NCBI RefSeq assembly: GCF_963921235.1
Contig: NC_086097.1
Location: forward strand, 98,334,001-98,398,000
DNA: 64,000 nt
Direction of reading: 5' to 3'
Source: Mobula hypostoma
Taxonomy: Eukaryota
The notes under the pieces were generated by a model. The model was not told the DNA's origin and made no database searches. It saw only the letters and a list, made by a program, of their open reading frames with translations. Made by a program: the position numbers and the translations under genes. This document shows positions 10,976-24,639 of this stretch, piece after piece; positions within the stretch are counted from its first letter, which is position 1; each line of letters opens with the position of its first letter.

Positions 10976-12489
10976 ATGCGCTGCAAACGATGCTAACTTG
11001 TGTTTTTGGTGGGTTATTAGCTCTTTGGTGTCATTGAGTATATTTGATCACAAATTGGTTGCTATTAATATAATTTCACCAGAATCTCTTCTGACCTAAA
11101 TCATCGCCCTAAGGGTGCAGCAATCAAAATCAATGGAAGTGTTCTTCAGGCAATAACCTAGGAACAATATATTTAATTTAGTTGTTTTTCTGTAGTGGGT
11201 GCTGCTACCTAGCATCTGTAAATGATGGAATCTTGTTGTGATATGAAGGTGTTCACTGAATTCTAGTAAAATTTTTGAGTCTGGCATGATGTGACAGAAC
11301 TGACAGACCTTTGTGGTGGATGTTATAATGGAGAGCTCCCAAGTCATTTAAAATTGTTACTTTGGACATGTGCAGTGCATTTTGTACAGTTAGTTATTTA
11401 TGTCTTTCAGTGATAAGCTGTGCCGTTATATGAGAGAGAATTAGATTTAATCAAAAGGGAGTATTTCCTTGGCATGGCTCATTTTCATTTAATTGAAAAC
11501 CAGAGCCTGTTTATTAGTTGAATAGTTGAAATGAGAATAAAGCGGGGTGTTCAAACTAAATTTTTAAATATATTTTCAGCATAACTATATTTTAGACTGG
11601 TCAGAGAAAGGGATAAAGGAAAATGAGAATGGTCAGATTAAAGTACCACTAAGCTAAGAGACTTGGTGAGGCTGTCATTATATTAGTTCAGCATGGTAAA
11701 TTTGATGAGCCTGAATACTAAATAATTTAGAAAAGTTATGGTTAAATGCAGTGAGTATCTCAATTTGTCAACTTAGCTCGATCCCACTAGCACTATCAGT
11801 AATTCAGGACTGAATCTGTGTAAACTTTGATAATATTGCACACTAAGTTCTTAAGTATAATTTTAACATAAAAGCCAAGTTATGATGGCTTTGTAAAGAG
11901 TCTTATTACTTTTGGGGTTTTATATTTAAACAAGGTACAGTATAACTTGATTTGTCATACTTGGTTTAAACTTCAGAAATTGGTTGTTTCTGCCCCCAGG
12001 ATTATATTTTGGAAATATCAATTTGACTGTGTCACAGATACCTTAATTTTAATCCTTCATGTCTTTTATTTTGCTGAGAATTTTCCTATCTGCCTTCCCA
12101 AATTCATCCCCCAGGATCTATGAAGTCCAAAATGTCATGGGTTTTGCAAATATCCAGTGACACAATATTAATGTGCTCTCTTCAAATCTCTTTGCAATTC
12201 TGTATCTTCTAATTCATTGATCTCCATTCATGAGTTGTCTTCAGTACTTGGTCCTCCTAACTTTCTTTAAAAGTGGGAGCCACTACTTTTAACCTTATTG
12301 CTCTATTTAGTTCTTCGTTGTTCTGCAAAAGTCAGATATTTTTTCTGAATATAGTGTAGCTCAGTTTCAAGTCATTGTTAGTGGCATGATCAGGTTGCCT
12401 GATTAATAGTTTGAGGACTCACAAGGCAACCAGGGTGTTGTCTTCAGTTCTTCACCACATCACAAGTTATTTATTTTACAATAAGCGGC

Positions 12490-12815
12490 GTGAGTGACTT
12501 TGTTGCAGCTGCTGGAGCTGCTGCTTTGTTGCTCAAGTAACCTGGGTTCAATCCTGACGTCTGCTGTCTGTTTGGAGTTTGTCCATTTCTCAGTGATCAC
12601 AAGTTTACCCTGGATGTTCTTTACTCCAGTGTGCAGACCTGCAATTGGTAGGTTAATTAATTTCTGTAAGTAGAGGCATGCTGTGCAGATGAGTTGAGGG
12701 GAATGTTGGGAGGGGACAATAATATGAGATTCCTGTAAAGTTAGTGTAAGTAGGTACTTGAAAGTCAGCATGAACTTGGTGTGAAGAAGAGCCTGTTTCT
12801 GTGCTGTATATCTGT
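12490..12815 (+). mobile_element. V-SINE/HE1-like SINE (degenerate)
   Basis: B-box-like GGTTCAATCC, GGAGTTTG..TTCTC core and CR1-like 3' end GAAGAGCCTGTTTCTGTGCTGTAT. Confidence 0.6.
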
Positions 12816-13059
12816 CTTGCCCAAGCAACTATCTTTCTCGATTGAATCTGTATAATTTGGCTGTTTTATTGTAAAGCTATCACTGAAATATGTCACAATT
12901 ATATAAATCAATGGTTAGAAATGAAGGTCAGGTTTGTGGCTGGGGTAGGAACTGGCGTTGGAGGTTGGGAACGTGGGCTAGGTGTGCAGCCGGGCTCTGG
13001 ACCTGGTAACTAGGCGAGGGGCTCGGATGGAGGAGGTGGCTTTGAACAGCTTTGTCTGA

Positions 13060-13830
13060 AAATCAGAATCTGGTTTAATATCACTGGCATGTGTCATGAA
13101 ATGTGTTTTGCAGTAGCAGTACATAGCAATACATAATAAAAAAATTAAATTAAACAAAAATATATATTTAGTACAAAATGAGATCAAATGAAAGGAAAAA
13201 AATAGTGAGGTAGCATACATGGGTTCATTGACCATTCAGGTATCTGATGGTGCTGGGGCAGAAGCTGTTCCTGAAACGTTGAGTGCATGCCGTCAGACTG
13301 GTGTACTTTCTTGATGGTACAATGAGGAGAGAGTGATGGGGTGGTCCTTCATGATGGATGCTGCCTTTTTGAGATATCGCTTTTGAAATGTCTTCGATGT
13401 AGTGTCCAATGATGGAGCTGGTTGAGTTCACAACTTCCTGCAGCGTTTTCCAATCCTGTGCGGTAGTTCCTCCATACCAGATGGTGATGCAACCAGTTTG
13501 AATGCTCTTCATGGTATGTCTATGGAAATTTGTGAGCATCTTTGGTGATGTACCAAGTCTCCTCAAACTCTTAATGAAATATAGCTGCTGTTGTGCCTTC
13601 TTTGTTGGGCCCAGGAAAGATCTTCAGAGATGTTGCCACCCAGGAAATTGAAATTGCTCACCTTTCCACTGCTGATCGTATGATGAGGACTGGTGTGTTT
13701 TCCCTTGACTTCCCCTTCCTGAAGTCCACTATCAATTCTGTGGTCTTATTGAGACCACTCAACCAGCTGACTCATCTACGCCTTCTCGTCACCATTTGAA
13801 ATTCTGCCAACATTAGTGTCATGGACAAAT
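13060..13830 (-). mobile_element. Rex1/Babar-type LINE 3' fragment
   Basis: ORF 13225..13566 (LTNFHR..MKSIQTGCITIWYG, RFRNSFCPSTIRYLN); 3' tail near 13060. Confidence 0.75.
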
Positions 13831-14454
13831 GCACATGCCTGTGACAGAGCATGTGTTCACACATTGTGTGGGACTTGCATGTATACCTTCATGTTTGGTC
13901 ATGTATGTTCAGCAGAGCCTGGTCTCCAGTCTCCATGACCATGCTCAATGAAGTCTGTAGCGTCTGTGCAACAGCTATCCTGCATGTAACTTTCACTCTA
14001 TGTATCTGAAACCTGGGACCAGAAATGTCCGTGCACTCAAGGACAGTTCTGATGACAGCAGGTATAAACCCCACTGTGCTCTCACAGCTTGGGAACTTGG
14101 TCAGAGTCTCACAGCATGGAAATAGACCCTTGTATCCAAATGGTCCTTGCTAACCAAGATGCCCATTTGAGCTCTTAACTCATTTATCCATGTTTGGCCC
14201 ATATACCTTTTAACTTCTTCCTATTCACGTAGATGTCCAATTGTCGTTAAAATGTTGGAAATATTTCTACCTCAACTATCTATGCCCCTCATGATTTTAA
14301 ACAGTCTCTATTAGATTACCCCTCAATTTTCTACACTCCAATGAATAAAGTTACAACTTTCTCAATTGCTTTTTCTGTAACATGGTCCTTTGAGATATGG
14401 CAACATCCTCACATTTCTGTACTCTTTTCACCTTAATATCACCATATACTACTA

Positions 14455-14880
14455 TTAAGATTCATTTTCATGTGAGCATTCGCAGTAAATACAAAAAAAA
14501 AATCAAAATAAATATTGGGAAAGTGAGTTGAAGAGCTCATGAAAGTGAGTCCATAGTTTGTGGAATCAGTTCATTGTTGGAGTAAGTGAAGTTATCCTCT
14601 CTGGTTCAGAAGCCTGATGGTTGAGGGCTAATAACTGTTCCTGAACTTGATGGTGTGGGTCCTGAGGCTCCTATACCTTCCTGAAAGCAGCAGTGAGAGA
14701 AGAGCATGGTGTAGATGTTGGGGAACTTAATGATAGATGCTGCTTTCCTGTGACAGTGCTCTTTGCAGATGTGTTGATTGGTGGGGAGAGCTTTACCTGT
14801 GATGGACTGGGCTGTATCCACTGCTTTTTGTTGGCTTTTCTGTTCATGATTATTGGTCTTTCCATGCCAGTCCATGATGC
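14455..14880 (-). mobile_element. Rex1/Babar-type LINE fragment
   Basis: ORF 14606..14899 (QKAVDTAQSITGKALP..CHRKAASIIK). Confidence 0.7.
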
Positions 14881-15409
14881 ACTTGGTGCAGATGACCATA
14901 CCATGCTTTTGACAATTGCATTCTCAAAATCTTCATTTTCATTGTAACATTCAAGATGATTGCCGATAACTTCAAAGTAGTGCAATTGTTTCATTTTCGC
15001 TCATGGCTGTTTCTGAATTGTGTTAAGCTTATTTCTCACCGAGTATCAGTGATAAAAATCTCTGCTTTTTGTACATGTGCGTGCACACACACAGACATAC
15101 ACAACTGACACTATTTAAACACTTCACTTGAAGCATAGTGTAGTGTCCAATGGCCATATGACTGATGCTGGTTAGAAATTGTTTGGCTACAATCCCCTGT
15201 CCGTTGGTGAATCAGGGCAGCTGCTTATTTGGACAACACTTAAAGAACAAAGACTAATCAAGAAATTATCTGGGATTCCTTTCATTTTTTTTGGGATGCT
15301 ATGCTGCCTAATTAGTGCTAAGATCTGATAGTAAGTGAGAAATACACAGTAAGACAATTTAAACTATTCCTCTCATTGTGGTTTCAAGCAATCAAGCTTT
15401 GTTTCAGAA

Positions 15410-16195
15410 GCATAGAAGTAGGCTGTTCATGTCCATGCAGATACTATTTAAACTGCCTGAACCATAGCCCTCCATACTCCTACCATCCATGTGCCTATCA
15501 AAACTTCTTTAAAAATGTTGAAATCGATCTTGCATGCACCAGTTGCACTGGCAGCTCGTACCATACTCTTCTTGAGTGAAGAAGTTTCTCTTTGTGTTCC
15601 CCTTAAACTTTTCACCTTTCATCCTTTGCCCATGACCTGTAGTTGCAGTCTCTCCCGATGTCAGTGGAAAAAGCCTGCTTTCATTTACCCTATCGATAGC
15701 CATCATAATTTTTTATACCTCTATCAAATCTCACGTCAATCTTCTATATTCCATGGAATATAGCCAGCCTGTTCAATCTTGCCTTAAACTCAGGTCCTCC
15801 AGTCCTAGCAACATACTTGTAAATTTTTTCTACTCTTTCAATCTTATTTGAATCTTCCTTGTAGGTAGGTGACCAAAACTGCATACAATACTCCAAATTA
15901 GGCATCACCAATGTCTTATGCAACTTTAACATAACGTCCCCTCTCCTGTACTCAATACATTGATTTTTGAAGGCCAATATGCCAAAAGCTTTCATTACGA
16001 TCCTATCTACTTGTGATGCCACTTTCAATGAATTAAGGACCTGTATTCCCAGATCTCTTTGTTCTACCATACTCCTCAGTGCCCTATCGTTCACTGTGTA
16101 AGACCTACCCTGGTTGGTCCTACTGAAGTGCAACATTTTGCAATTGTCTGCATTAAATTCCATCTGCCATTTTTCCAGCTGGTCCAGGTCCTGCC
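15410..16195 (-). mobile_element. CR1 LINE 3' fragment
   Basis: ORFs 15744..16199 and 15509..15706 (WQMEFNADNC, PNLEYCMQFWSP). Confidence 0.85.
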
Positions 16196-16597
16196 ACATG
16201 TTGAACTGTATGATCTAACTAATTCTGGCTTCACTAGCATGTGGCACGGGTAGCAAACCTGATATCACAACCGTGGAAGTCCTGCCCTTTAACTTGGCAC
16301 CTAACTCCCTGAACTCACTTTACAGAAATTAGTCATTCTTTCTACCAATGTCATTAGTACCTACATGGACCATGATCTTTGGTTGTTCACCCTTAATGCT
16401 GAGGACTTGATCCGAGATGTCCTAGAACCTGGCACCTAGAAGGAAAACAATAAATATACTGGGGAGAGGGGTGAGCAGGAGCAGCACAACGTGCAGGTGT
16501 CCAACCTGGTGAGACAAAGGAGGTGCCAGGCCCAGAGTCACCGCATAGTGCCCGGAACCTGCAAGTGTTGCAAACTAATCCCTCTAACATCAAGTCT

Positions 16598-17010
16598 TAC
16601 AGGAGGCAGATCAAATGGCTGCAGCTAACATGACTTCACTGTGGAAGCAGTTTGATGAAGATGTCAAGCAGGCTGGATGGAGAGCGAAGTGTTTCCCAGT
16701 GGAGGTTGGATGTAGGGGATTTGCAGCCCGTTCTTTAGCCAGGGCCTTCAGCAATTTGGGCATCAAGGGAGAGAGGAAGAGAAGAGCCATCTGCAGTACC
16801 ACCAATGCAGCAGAGAGGGCCTCAAGATGGCTGTGGCTCAAAAGAGGAGAGCCATGGAGTCATAAGTAGCTAGCCATCTGGACACAAGCTGGGGTCTGAT
16901 CAGCCCTGGCTGGGTCACCTGGAGGAGGATGTATGATGTTGAAAGACCCAAAACACCCGATGATTCCAGGAACATCACTGAAGATGTGTGCAGAGGCATC
17001 AGGAAATGTA
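16598..17010 (+). mobile_element. Restriction-like-endonuclease non-LTR retrotransposon (HERO/NeSL-like) 3' end
   Basis: ORF 16615..16869 GWRAKCFPVEVGCRGF...AAERASRWLWLKR is the typical C-terminus of HERO-type elements; a short 3' UTR follows. Confidence 0.72.
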
Positions 17011-17299
17011 TGTACACAGCGGTGGGGGGGGGGCGCGGTTGGGGAAGAAAAATCTACCTACAACTTTTATGCCTTCTCTCACTGAAGCCTCACCTTGAAG
17101 TTTTGAAGAGCTAAAGCTTCAAAGTCCCCACTCTTAACACTGTATGTTTTTGTGTGTGTGTTAGTTATACCTTAAGCTTTTTCCATGCAATGGCTAATTG
17201 GGACAGCCATTTAATTGGGTCAAAATGTACCGGTTCCGATGTGTCTCAATTAACCAGAATCTTCTGTGTGTACGTATGTACAATACTGATAAACTGTCA

Positions 17300-18580
17300 G
17301 GTACGGGTAAATCAAAAATAATGGAATGAAATGTTTGTAAATATCAAATTACTATAAAGAGCTATAAACAGTTAAAAGAATTACGATAAACAGTTAAAAG
17401 AAATCAAATCAATGTTTGGTGTGACCACCCATTGCCTTTAAGACTACATGAATAGTCTAAGGTGCACTGTCGTACAGTTTTATAAGAAAATCAGCTGATG
17501 TGTTGTTCTGAGCATCTTGGAAAACTTGCCACAGTTCTTCTGCAGACATTGGTTGTCTTGCTTGCTCTGTCTCCAGGTAATCCCAGACAGCCTTGATGTT
17601 ATAATCGGGTCCGTGGAGGCCATACCATCTGTTGCAGAACTCATTGTTCATTTCTTTACTGTAGTTCTTTATGACCTTGGCCGTGTATTTAGGGTCATGG
17701 TCCTGATGCAGAATGAAATTGGGACCGATCAGACGCCTCCCTGATGGTATTGTGTGATGGATAGAAATCTGCTTGCACTGCTCAGGATTGATAATTCCAT
17801 TAATCCTGACCAGATCACGAACTCCATTTGCAGAAATGTAGCCCCAAACTTGCAGGGAACCTCTGCTATCTTTCACTGTTGACTGCAGGCACTCATCCAT
17901 GTAACATCTCCAGCTCTTTTATGGACAAACTACCTCCTGTTTGAGCTAGAATTTTCAAACTTTGACCCATCAGTGCAGAATACTTGCTGCCATTGGTCAG
18001 CACCCCCAGTGGTTGTGTTTTTGTGCATAGGTGAGTCTCATGACTTTGTTTCCACTTCAGCGGGCTGACGCTTTGGCAGCAACTCTTCCATGAAAACCAC
18101 TTCTCCGACTGTACTAGGGTTCCAGTGGTTTATGTGAGTGCTGGGCCTCTTCTGATTAGAAAGGATGTCAGGTCTCTCATGTGCTGCACACAGTTTCCGT
18201 GGTCTACCACTGTTTCTTATCCTTAACTTTGCCCGTGTCTTTGTGCTTCTTCAGAGGAGCCTGGATAGTGCATCTTCAAAACACCTGCCATGAAATTTTT
18301 GCCTGGAAAAGACCTTGCTGATGCAGGATTACCACCCTGTGTCTTGTTGTTATGTTCACTCTTTGTTTGATCATAAACTTATTATTTGAAAAGTGCTTTT
18401 TTTTTACCTAATATGTTACTTTTTTAACAAAACGCAAGAAAATCTTCAACATTTAATTTTTTGGAGATCTTAAAATTTGCTCTTTTCTACGACACTAATG
18501 CAGAAGGGGGAAAAAATCAACACCCAAAACAAAATTTATATTTAAAAATCTAGGATGTCTAAGATTTTGCACATAACTGT
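17300..18580 (-). mobile_element. Tc1/mariner DNA transposon remnant
   Basis: ORF 17457..17900 (VK..RGSLQVWG, LHQDHDPKYTAK, PDYNIKAVWDYLE) is the DD34E region; TIR-like end near 18550-18580. Confidence 0.8.
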
Positions 18581-19368
18581 GTGTATGTATTTGTTACTGG
18601 TGTGTGTTTTTTGAGTATATAGGTGTGCGCGCGTCTGTGCATGTGTGTCTGCGCTCAAATGTGTATATATACAGTGGATTCTGGTTAATTTGAATACATC
18701 AGGACCAGTACGTTTTGGCCCAGTTAAGTGGCCACCCGTATTAATAAAATGTTTACGGGTATATTTAAAGTATTTTAAAAAAATTACCATTTAACTGTAC
18801 AAATTATGTATTCAAATGAAATGCAGGACAATTAGAACACTGCCAATATTAGTACTATACAACAAAACTGTTAATTTATAATGCTTACCAGTGGAGGAAT
18901 TCATTGAGTGTACATTGGCATTGTAATCAATTAGTAGATTATCCATTCTTAGACCCAGACTTAAAGCATTGAGGTTTAACGTTTTTTTCAATAACCAACA
19001 ATTTCTTTTTATCAGTTCCTGACATATTTTCACAGCACGACACAATTATGCGATCCATTGCTTTCTTTGAACCTGATCATTTTGCATGTTTGTAGCAAAG
19101 GGAACCGTCCGGTGATTTAAAAAAAAGCCTGTTTCATCAGCATCGTAGATATTGTCTGCACAAAATTTTTGAAGCAAGTCTGGGAGTTTTATAGATTTCT
19201 ATATTTCTGCACTTGCAGCATCAGCACTGTCTTTCTTGCCATGTGCTTTCTTGAATTTAATGTGGTGCCCACATTTCCATCAAGGCAACCAGGCATCTGT
19301 TGTTTTAAAATCTTCGTGACAAAGCTTCTTTGCTAGGTCCTCTAACTTGTTTTTTCACATTGGACCAC

Positions 19369-19389
19369 TGACAGACAGACAGACAGACA

Positions 19390-19428
<39 letters not shown>
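19369..19428. repeat. Compound microsatellite (ACAG)n(AC)n
   Basis: Directly visible tandem repeats inside the Tigger-like coding remnant. Confidence 0.95.
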
Positions 19429-19430
<2 letters not shown>

Positions 19431-19562
19431 CGTCCAGTTATAGTGGAAAACTTGATCGAGGGCCTCTTCAACAATCCTTAAATTTGTGCTTTCGTTTTTG
19501 GAATATTCCCTGTTGTTCTTTACATAATGTCCATTCTTCTTGCAATTTATCTTGCTTATTTA

Positions 19563-21142
19563 CAGTGTCTTGTAAAAGTATTCAGCCCAACCCTTTGTTC
19601 ACATAAATGAGTATTCCAGCTCTGGATTTTGATTCATTTAACTGAGAATGTTTATTTGTGAATCACATGCTCCTTTTTTCATTGTAGACCCCCTCTAAAA
19701 ACAGGGGAAATTGTAAAGCATGAAAAACTAAAAATTCAAAAACTGAAATTTTAGCAGTTCAAAAGTATTCATCCCCTTTTGCTCAGTACTTAGTTGAACC
19801 ACCTCTCACAGTTATTACAGCCAGTGGTCTGTTGGAATAAGTTTCTATCTGCTGTGCAATGTGATGGAGCACGATTTTCCCATTCTTCTTTGCAAAATTG
19901 TTCAATCTGTGCTAAGTTAGTAGGGGAGTGGCGGTGGATAACAATCTTAAGGTCTTGTCAGAGATGTTCAATTGGGCTACTGCTGTTGTAAACTTCTTTC
20001 GATCTACCCGATGCAAAGACACCACGTACTACGGTGAATGTAACTTTAACTCTTTATTAGTAAGTTACCAGAGAGACCCCTTCTTAAGCACTCTCTTGGG
20101 CTACTCCGGGGGGTCTCTGGCTTCTGAAGCAAATACAGTGCTTTTTGTACATATGCAGTCACGTACACAGATATAGGTGGGTTCTCCCCCTTAGTTTCTG
20201 TACAGATGAGTGTTGTTTAACTTATCAGTCATAAATTGTTCGTGTAACAGCTTAACTACCCTTATGTCTGGGAACAGCCAGACATAGGCTTACCCCTCAG
20301 AGCTTCCCACCCTTATAATGCTTACCTAGCAAGCGCTATGTTTCTTACAGCGGTTAATCAAACAATGGGACAAGTTGTTCTTAAGCAAGGACTGAAGTTA
20401 CAGGGTCGCATACCAAGAATAATATCACCCGCTCAGCTTATCTTGTGAGAAACTCTTGTGCTTCTGTGCTTTTTATCGAAGTCTTAGCCACTATGACCCT
20501 TACAAAATAGCCAGGGTTACAAGAGGCCTGTGAGATGCTAACTTCTAACATTACATTACAAGAAGCCTGCGAGATGTTAACTTCTTAACATTATATTACA
20601 CTGCCATACTTTATGGCAGGTATGGTGTTACCTGGCTGATGTGCAGAATTAGATTTATGCTACACGTATTGCTTCGTGTTGAGGCCAAAAAGTTCCACTT
20701 CAATCACATCAGACCGTAAGACCTTCCCCAGATTTGTGTTTCTCTATTATTTTCCTAACTTACCTTAACTTCCCTATCTTTTGTCTTCATTTTGGTTTAG
20801 CTTTTTGGAACTTACAGAAAGGGGCATTTATTCTTATGAATTCATTGAAAGTAGGTGATCCTCCTTTTTTACATCAACAACAAATTGGGTGACTTTGTAA
20901 ATTATTATACAGTATTGTACCTGAGAAAAGTAATTTCAAAGGGGGTGAATACTTTTTTGGTGTCTCAATTTTGGTTTTTAGTTTTTAGTAAATTGCTGAC
21001 AGGTTTTGGAAATTTTCTGTTGATACACAATGCTTCGTAGATTAACTCAAAAACATCTTACTGGAATATATTTTAAGGCCAGAAAATTAGACAGTAAAAT
21101 GTGAAAATAGTTGTCGGGGCTGAATGCTTTTTCTAGGCACTG
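19563..21142. mobile_element. Tc1-like element (IR/DR type), internally deleted
   Basis: TIRs CAGTGTCTTGTAAAAGTATTCAGCCC / GGGCTGAATGCTTTTTCTAGGCACTG with TA TSD (19561-62, 21143-44); inner repeats near 19761 and 20941. Confidence 0.85.
19984..20600 (-). mobile_element. Solo LTR
   Basis: TG...CA termini, 4-bp TSD CTGC (19980-83, 20601-04), minus-strand AATAAA at 20053-20058. Confidence 0.75.
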
Positions 21143-21504
21143 TATCAAGCATGCAATGGTGGATCTTGGCACTCCAGTTATCTCTGACAGTTAATGATGA
21201 GTGTGTTAGGTAGATGTCTTTTAAGTTGGTCTGGTAGGGTAATTTTTTTTTGGCTAGTGTCAATTCTTTTTCATGGCAAGGGTCTCAAATAATTTTTTAA
21301 AGTCAAAATAGAAAACAAAATGATCAAAAATTGCTGCTGTTTGAATTGACGTCCAAATGGATATCATAATACAAGAACATGTAATTGACATGGCTGGTCG
21401 CTTTAAGTCCTGTGTAGTGTCTAAATTCCACACGTCTCCTGTCCCAATTAAGCAGAACAGCGTCCCAAATAAGTGAAGGGAATCCTGGCTATTTCCTCAA
21501 TTAG

Positions 21505-22912
21505 CCTCAACTATCTCGACTGTACCTCTTCCCACCCTGCCACATGTGCCGAAGGTGCCGCGCCCCAGAGGCCTCAATGACTACAGACCAGTGGCATTGA
21601 CCTCCCACATCATGAAGACCCTGGAGAGACTTGTTCTGGAGCTGCTCCAGCCTATGGTCAGGCCACACTTGGATCCCCTCCAGTTCGCCTACCAGCCCCG
21701 ACTAGGAGTTGAGGATGCCATCGTCTACCTGCTGAACCGTGTCTGCGCCCACCTGGACAAGCCAGCGAGCACTGTGAGGGTCATGTTTTTTGACTTCTCC
21801 AGTGCGTTCAACACCATCCGCCCTGCTCTGCTGGGGGAGAAGCTGACAGCGATGCAGGTGGATGCTTTCCTGGTGTCATGGATTCTTGATTACCTGACTG
21901 GCAGACCACAGTACGTGTGCTTGCAACACTGTGTGTCCGACAGAGTGATCAGCAGCACTGGGGCTACACAGGGGACTGTCTTGTCTCCCTTTCTCTTCAC
22001 CATTTACACCTCGGACTTCAACTACTGCACAGAGTCTTGTCTTCTTCAGAAGTTTTCTGATGACTCTGCCGTAGTTGGATGCATCAGCAAGGGAGATGAG
22101 GCTGAGTACAGGGCCACGGTAGGAAACTTTGTCATATGGTGTGAGCAGAATTATCTGCAGCTTAATGTGAAAAAGACTAAGGAGCTGGTGGTAGACCTGA
22201 GGAGAGCCAAGGTACCAGTGACCCCTGTTTCCATCCAGGGGGTCAGTGTGGACATGGTGGAGGATTACAAATACCTGGGGATATGAATTGACAATAAACT
22301 GGACTGGTCAAAGAACACTGAGGCTGTCTACAAGAAGGGTCAGAGCCGTCTCTATTTCCTGAGGAGACTGAGGTCCCTTAACATCTGCTGGACAATGCTG
22401 AGGATGTTCTACGAGTCTGTGGTGGCCAGTGCGATCATGTTTGCTGTTGTGTGCTGGGGCAGCAGGCTGAGGGTAGCAGACACCAACAGAATCAACACAC
22501 TCATTTGTAAGGCCAGTGATGTTGTGGGGATGGAACTGGACTCTCTGACGGTGGTGTCTGAAAAGAGGATGCTGTCTAAGTTGCATGCCATCTTGGACAA
22601 TGTCTCCCATCCACTACATAATGTACTGGTTGGGCACAGGAGTACATTCAGCCAGAGACTTATTCCACCGAGACGCAACACCGAGAGTGTCATAGGAAGT
22701 CATTCCTTCCTGTGGCCATCAAACTTTACAACTCCTCCCTGAGGGTCAGACACCCTGAGCCAATAGGCTGGTCCTCGACTTATTTCCTGGCATAATTTAC
22801 ATATTACTATTTAACTATTCATGGTTCTATTAATATTTAATTATTTATGGTGCAACTGTAACAAAAACCGATTTCCCCCGGGTTCAGTAGAGTATGACTA
22901 TGACTACTGTAA
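21505..22912 (+). mobile_element. Rex1/Babar LINE, 5'-truncated
   Basis: ORF 21546..22286 (NDYRPVALTS, DFSSAFNTI, FSDD) and 22395..22742; (TATGAC)n-like tail near 22893-22907. Confidence 0.9.
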
Positions 22913-22916
22913 CTGT

Positions 22917-24130
22917 GACATGCAAAAATGCCATTCCCTGTTCCCAGTTCCTCCGTCTCCGTTGCATCTGCTCCCAGGATGAGACTTTCCGTTCTAGGAC
23001 ATCTCAAGTGTCCTTTTTCTTTAAGGATCGTGGTTTCCCTTCTGCCGTCATCAATGATGCCCTCACCCGCATCTCCTCCATTTCCCTCAGCTCGGCCCTC
23101 ACCCCATCCTCCCGCCACCACAACAGGGACAGAGTTCCCCTTGTCCTCACCTCCCACCCCACCAGCCTCTGGATCCAGCACATTATCCTCCGCAACTTCC
23201 GCCACCTTCAACAGGACCCCACCACTAAGCACATCTTTCCCTCTCCACCCCTCTCTGCTTTCCGCAGGGATCGGTTCCTCCGCGGCTCCCTGATCCACAC
23301 GTCCCTCCCCACGGATCTCCCACCTGGCACTTATCCCTGTAAGCGTAAGTGCTACACCTGTCCCTACACCACCTCTCTTGCCACCATTTAGGGCCCCAAA
23401 CAGTCCTTCCAGGTGAGGCAACACTTCACTTGTGAGTCTGTTAGGGTCATCTGTTGCATCCGGTGCTCCCGGTGCGGCCTCCTCTACATCGGTGAAACCC
23501 GACTCAGGTTGGGGGACCGCTTCGTTGAGCACCTCTGCTCCGTCCGCCACAACAGACAGGATCTCCCGGTTGCCACCCACTTTAACTCTGCTTCCCATTC
23601 CCATTCGGATATGTCCATACATGGCCTCCTCTACTGCCATGATGAGGCTAAGCTCAGGTTGGAGGAGCAACACCTCCTATAGGCTAGGTAGTCTCCAGCC
23701 CCTTGGTATGAACATAGAATTCTTCAACTTCCGGTGATTCACTCCCCTTCCTTTCCCCTATCCCTATTTCACTCTGCACCTTCCCCTAGCTGCCTATCAC
23801 CTCCCTCATGGTTTTGCCACCTCCTACTACCCAATGTGTTTTCCCCTATTCCTTCTTCACCTTTCCTGCCTATCACCTCCCTGCCTCCCCTCCCCCACCC
23901 CTTTATCTTTCCCCTCACTGGTTTTTCACCAGGAACCTACCAGCCTTCTCCTTCCCACCCTCCCCCTACCTTCTTTATAGGGCCTCTGCCCCTTCCCTCG
24001 ACAGTCCTGACGAAGGGTTCCGGCCCGTAACGTTGACTGATCGTTTCCACAGATGCTGCCCAACCTGCTGAGTTCCTCCAGCGTGTTGTGAGTGTTACTT
24101 TGAGCCCAGCATCTGCAGAGTATTTTGTGT
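22917..24130 (+). mobile_element. Penelope-like element 3' fragment with degenerate hammerhead (24003-24039)
   Basis: ORFs 22894..23391 and 23413..23682 (GIY-YIG); CTGACGA..GTAACGTTGACTG with mutated GAAA core. Confidence 0.88.
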
Positions 24131-24639
24131 TAACTGAGTAACAAGTTGTGTATTTAAATGAAATACAGAACAAACTTGCACGCTCAATACTACTGCTGTA
24201 CAATAAAACTGTGACTGCCACTGTGGCGTTCTTTTGACTGTAAATAAAAACAATACAGGCGCCTTGTGCAGATAGTGGACTGCCTTCAACCATTACATCC
24301 TCCAACTGTTCGTTATAATTGTAACATTCAAGATGATTGCAGATGTCTTAATTCTTCATAGTTCCTAACTTGTTAGTGATCTCTTGTCTTTTCTGGCCTC
24401 TTCAAGCCTGTATGTTTGAAACTGGAGTGAGTAACTCACAATTTTGTGTGACTCCACAAAATCTTAGTCTTCCCCACCCAGAAACCTTAGATGAACCATG
24501 AGATCAGCAATCTGCTCAGGGCCAGACCAGTGGTATTCAAGTCCAACGGCCAAGTAAGAGTTACAAGAGGTCCAGCTGTGAGCTCCCGAAAGCCATCTCA
24601 TTTGCAAAGTGGCAATATTGCACCAATCTTGAATCACTG

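Larger units (their letters stand above)
18672..21500 (-). mobile_element. pogo/Tigger-like DNA transposon remnant, interrupted by Tc1
   Basis: End TA|CAGTGGATTCTGGTTAAT. Minus-strand fragments read GVPRSTIACLINKQDKL (HTH) across the Tc1 insertion site and IKFKKAHG...NIYDADETG (CENP-B/DDE_1-type). Right boundary approximate. Confidence 0.72.
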
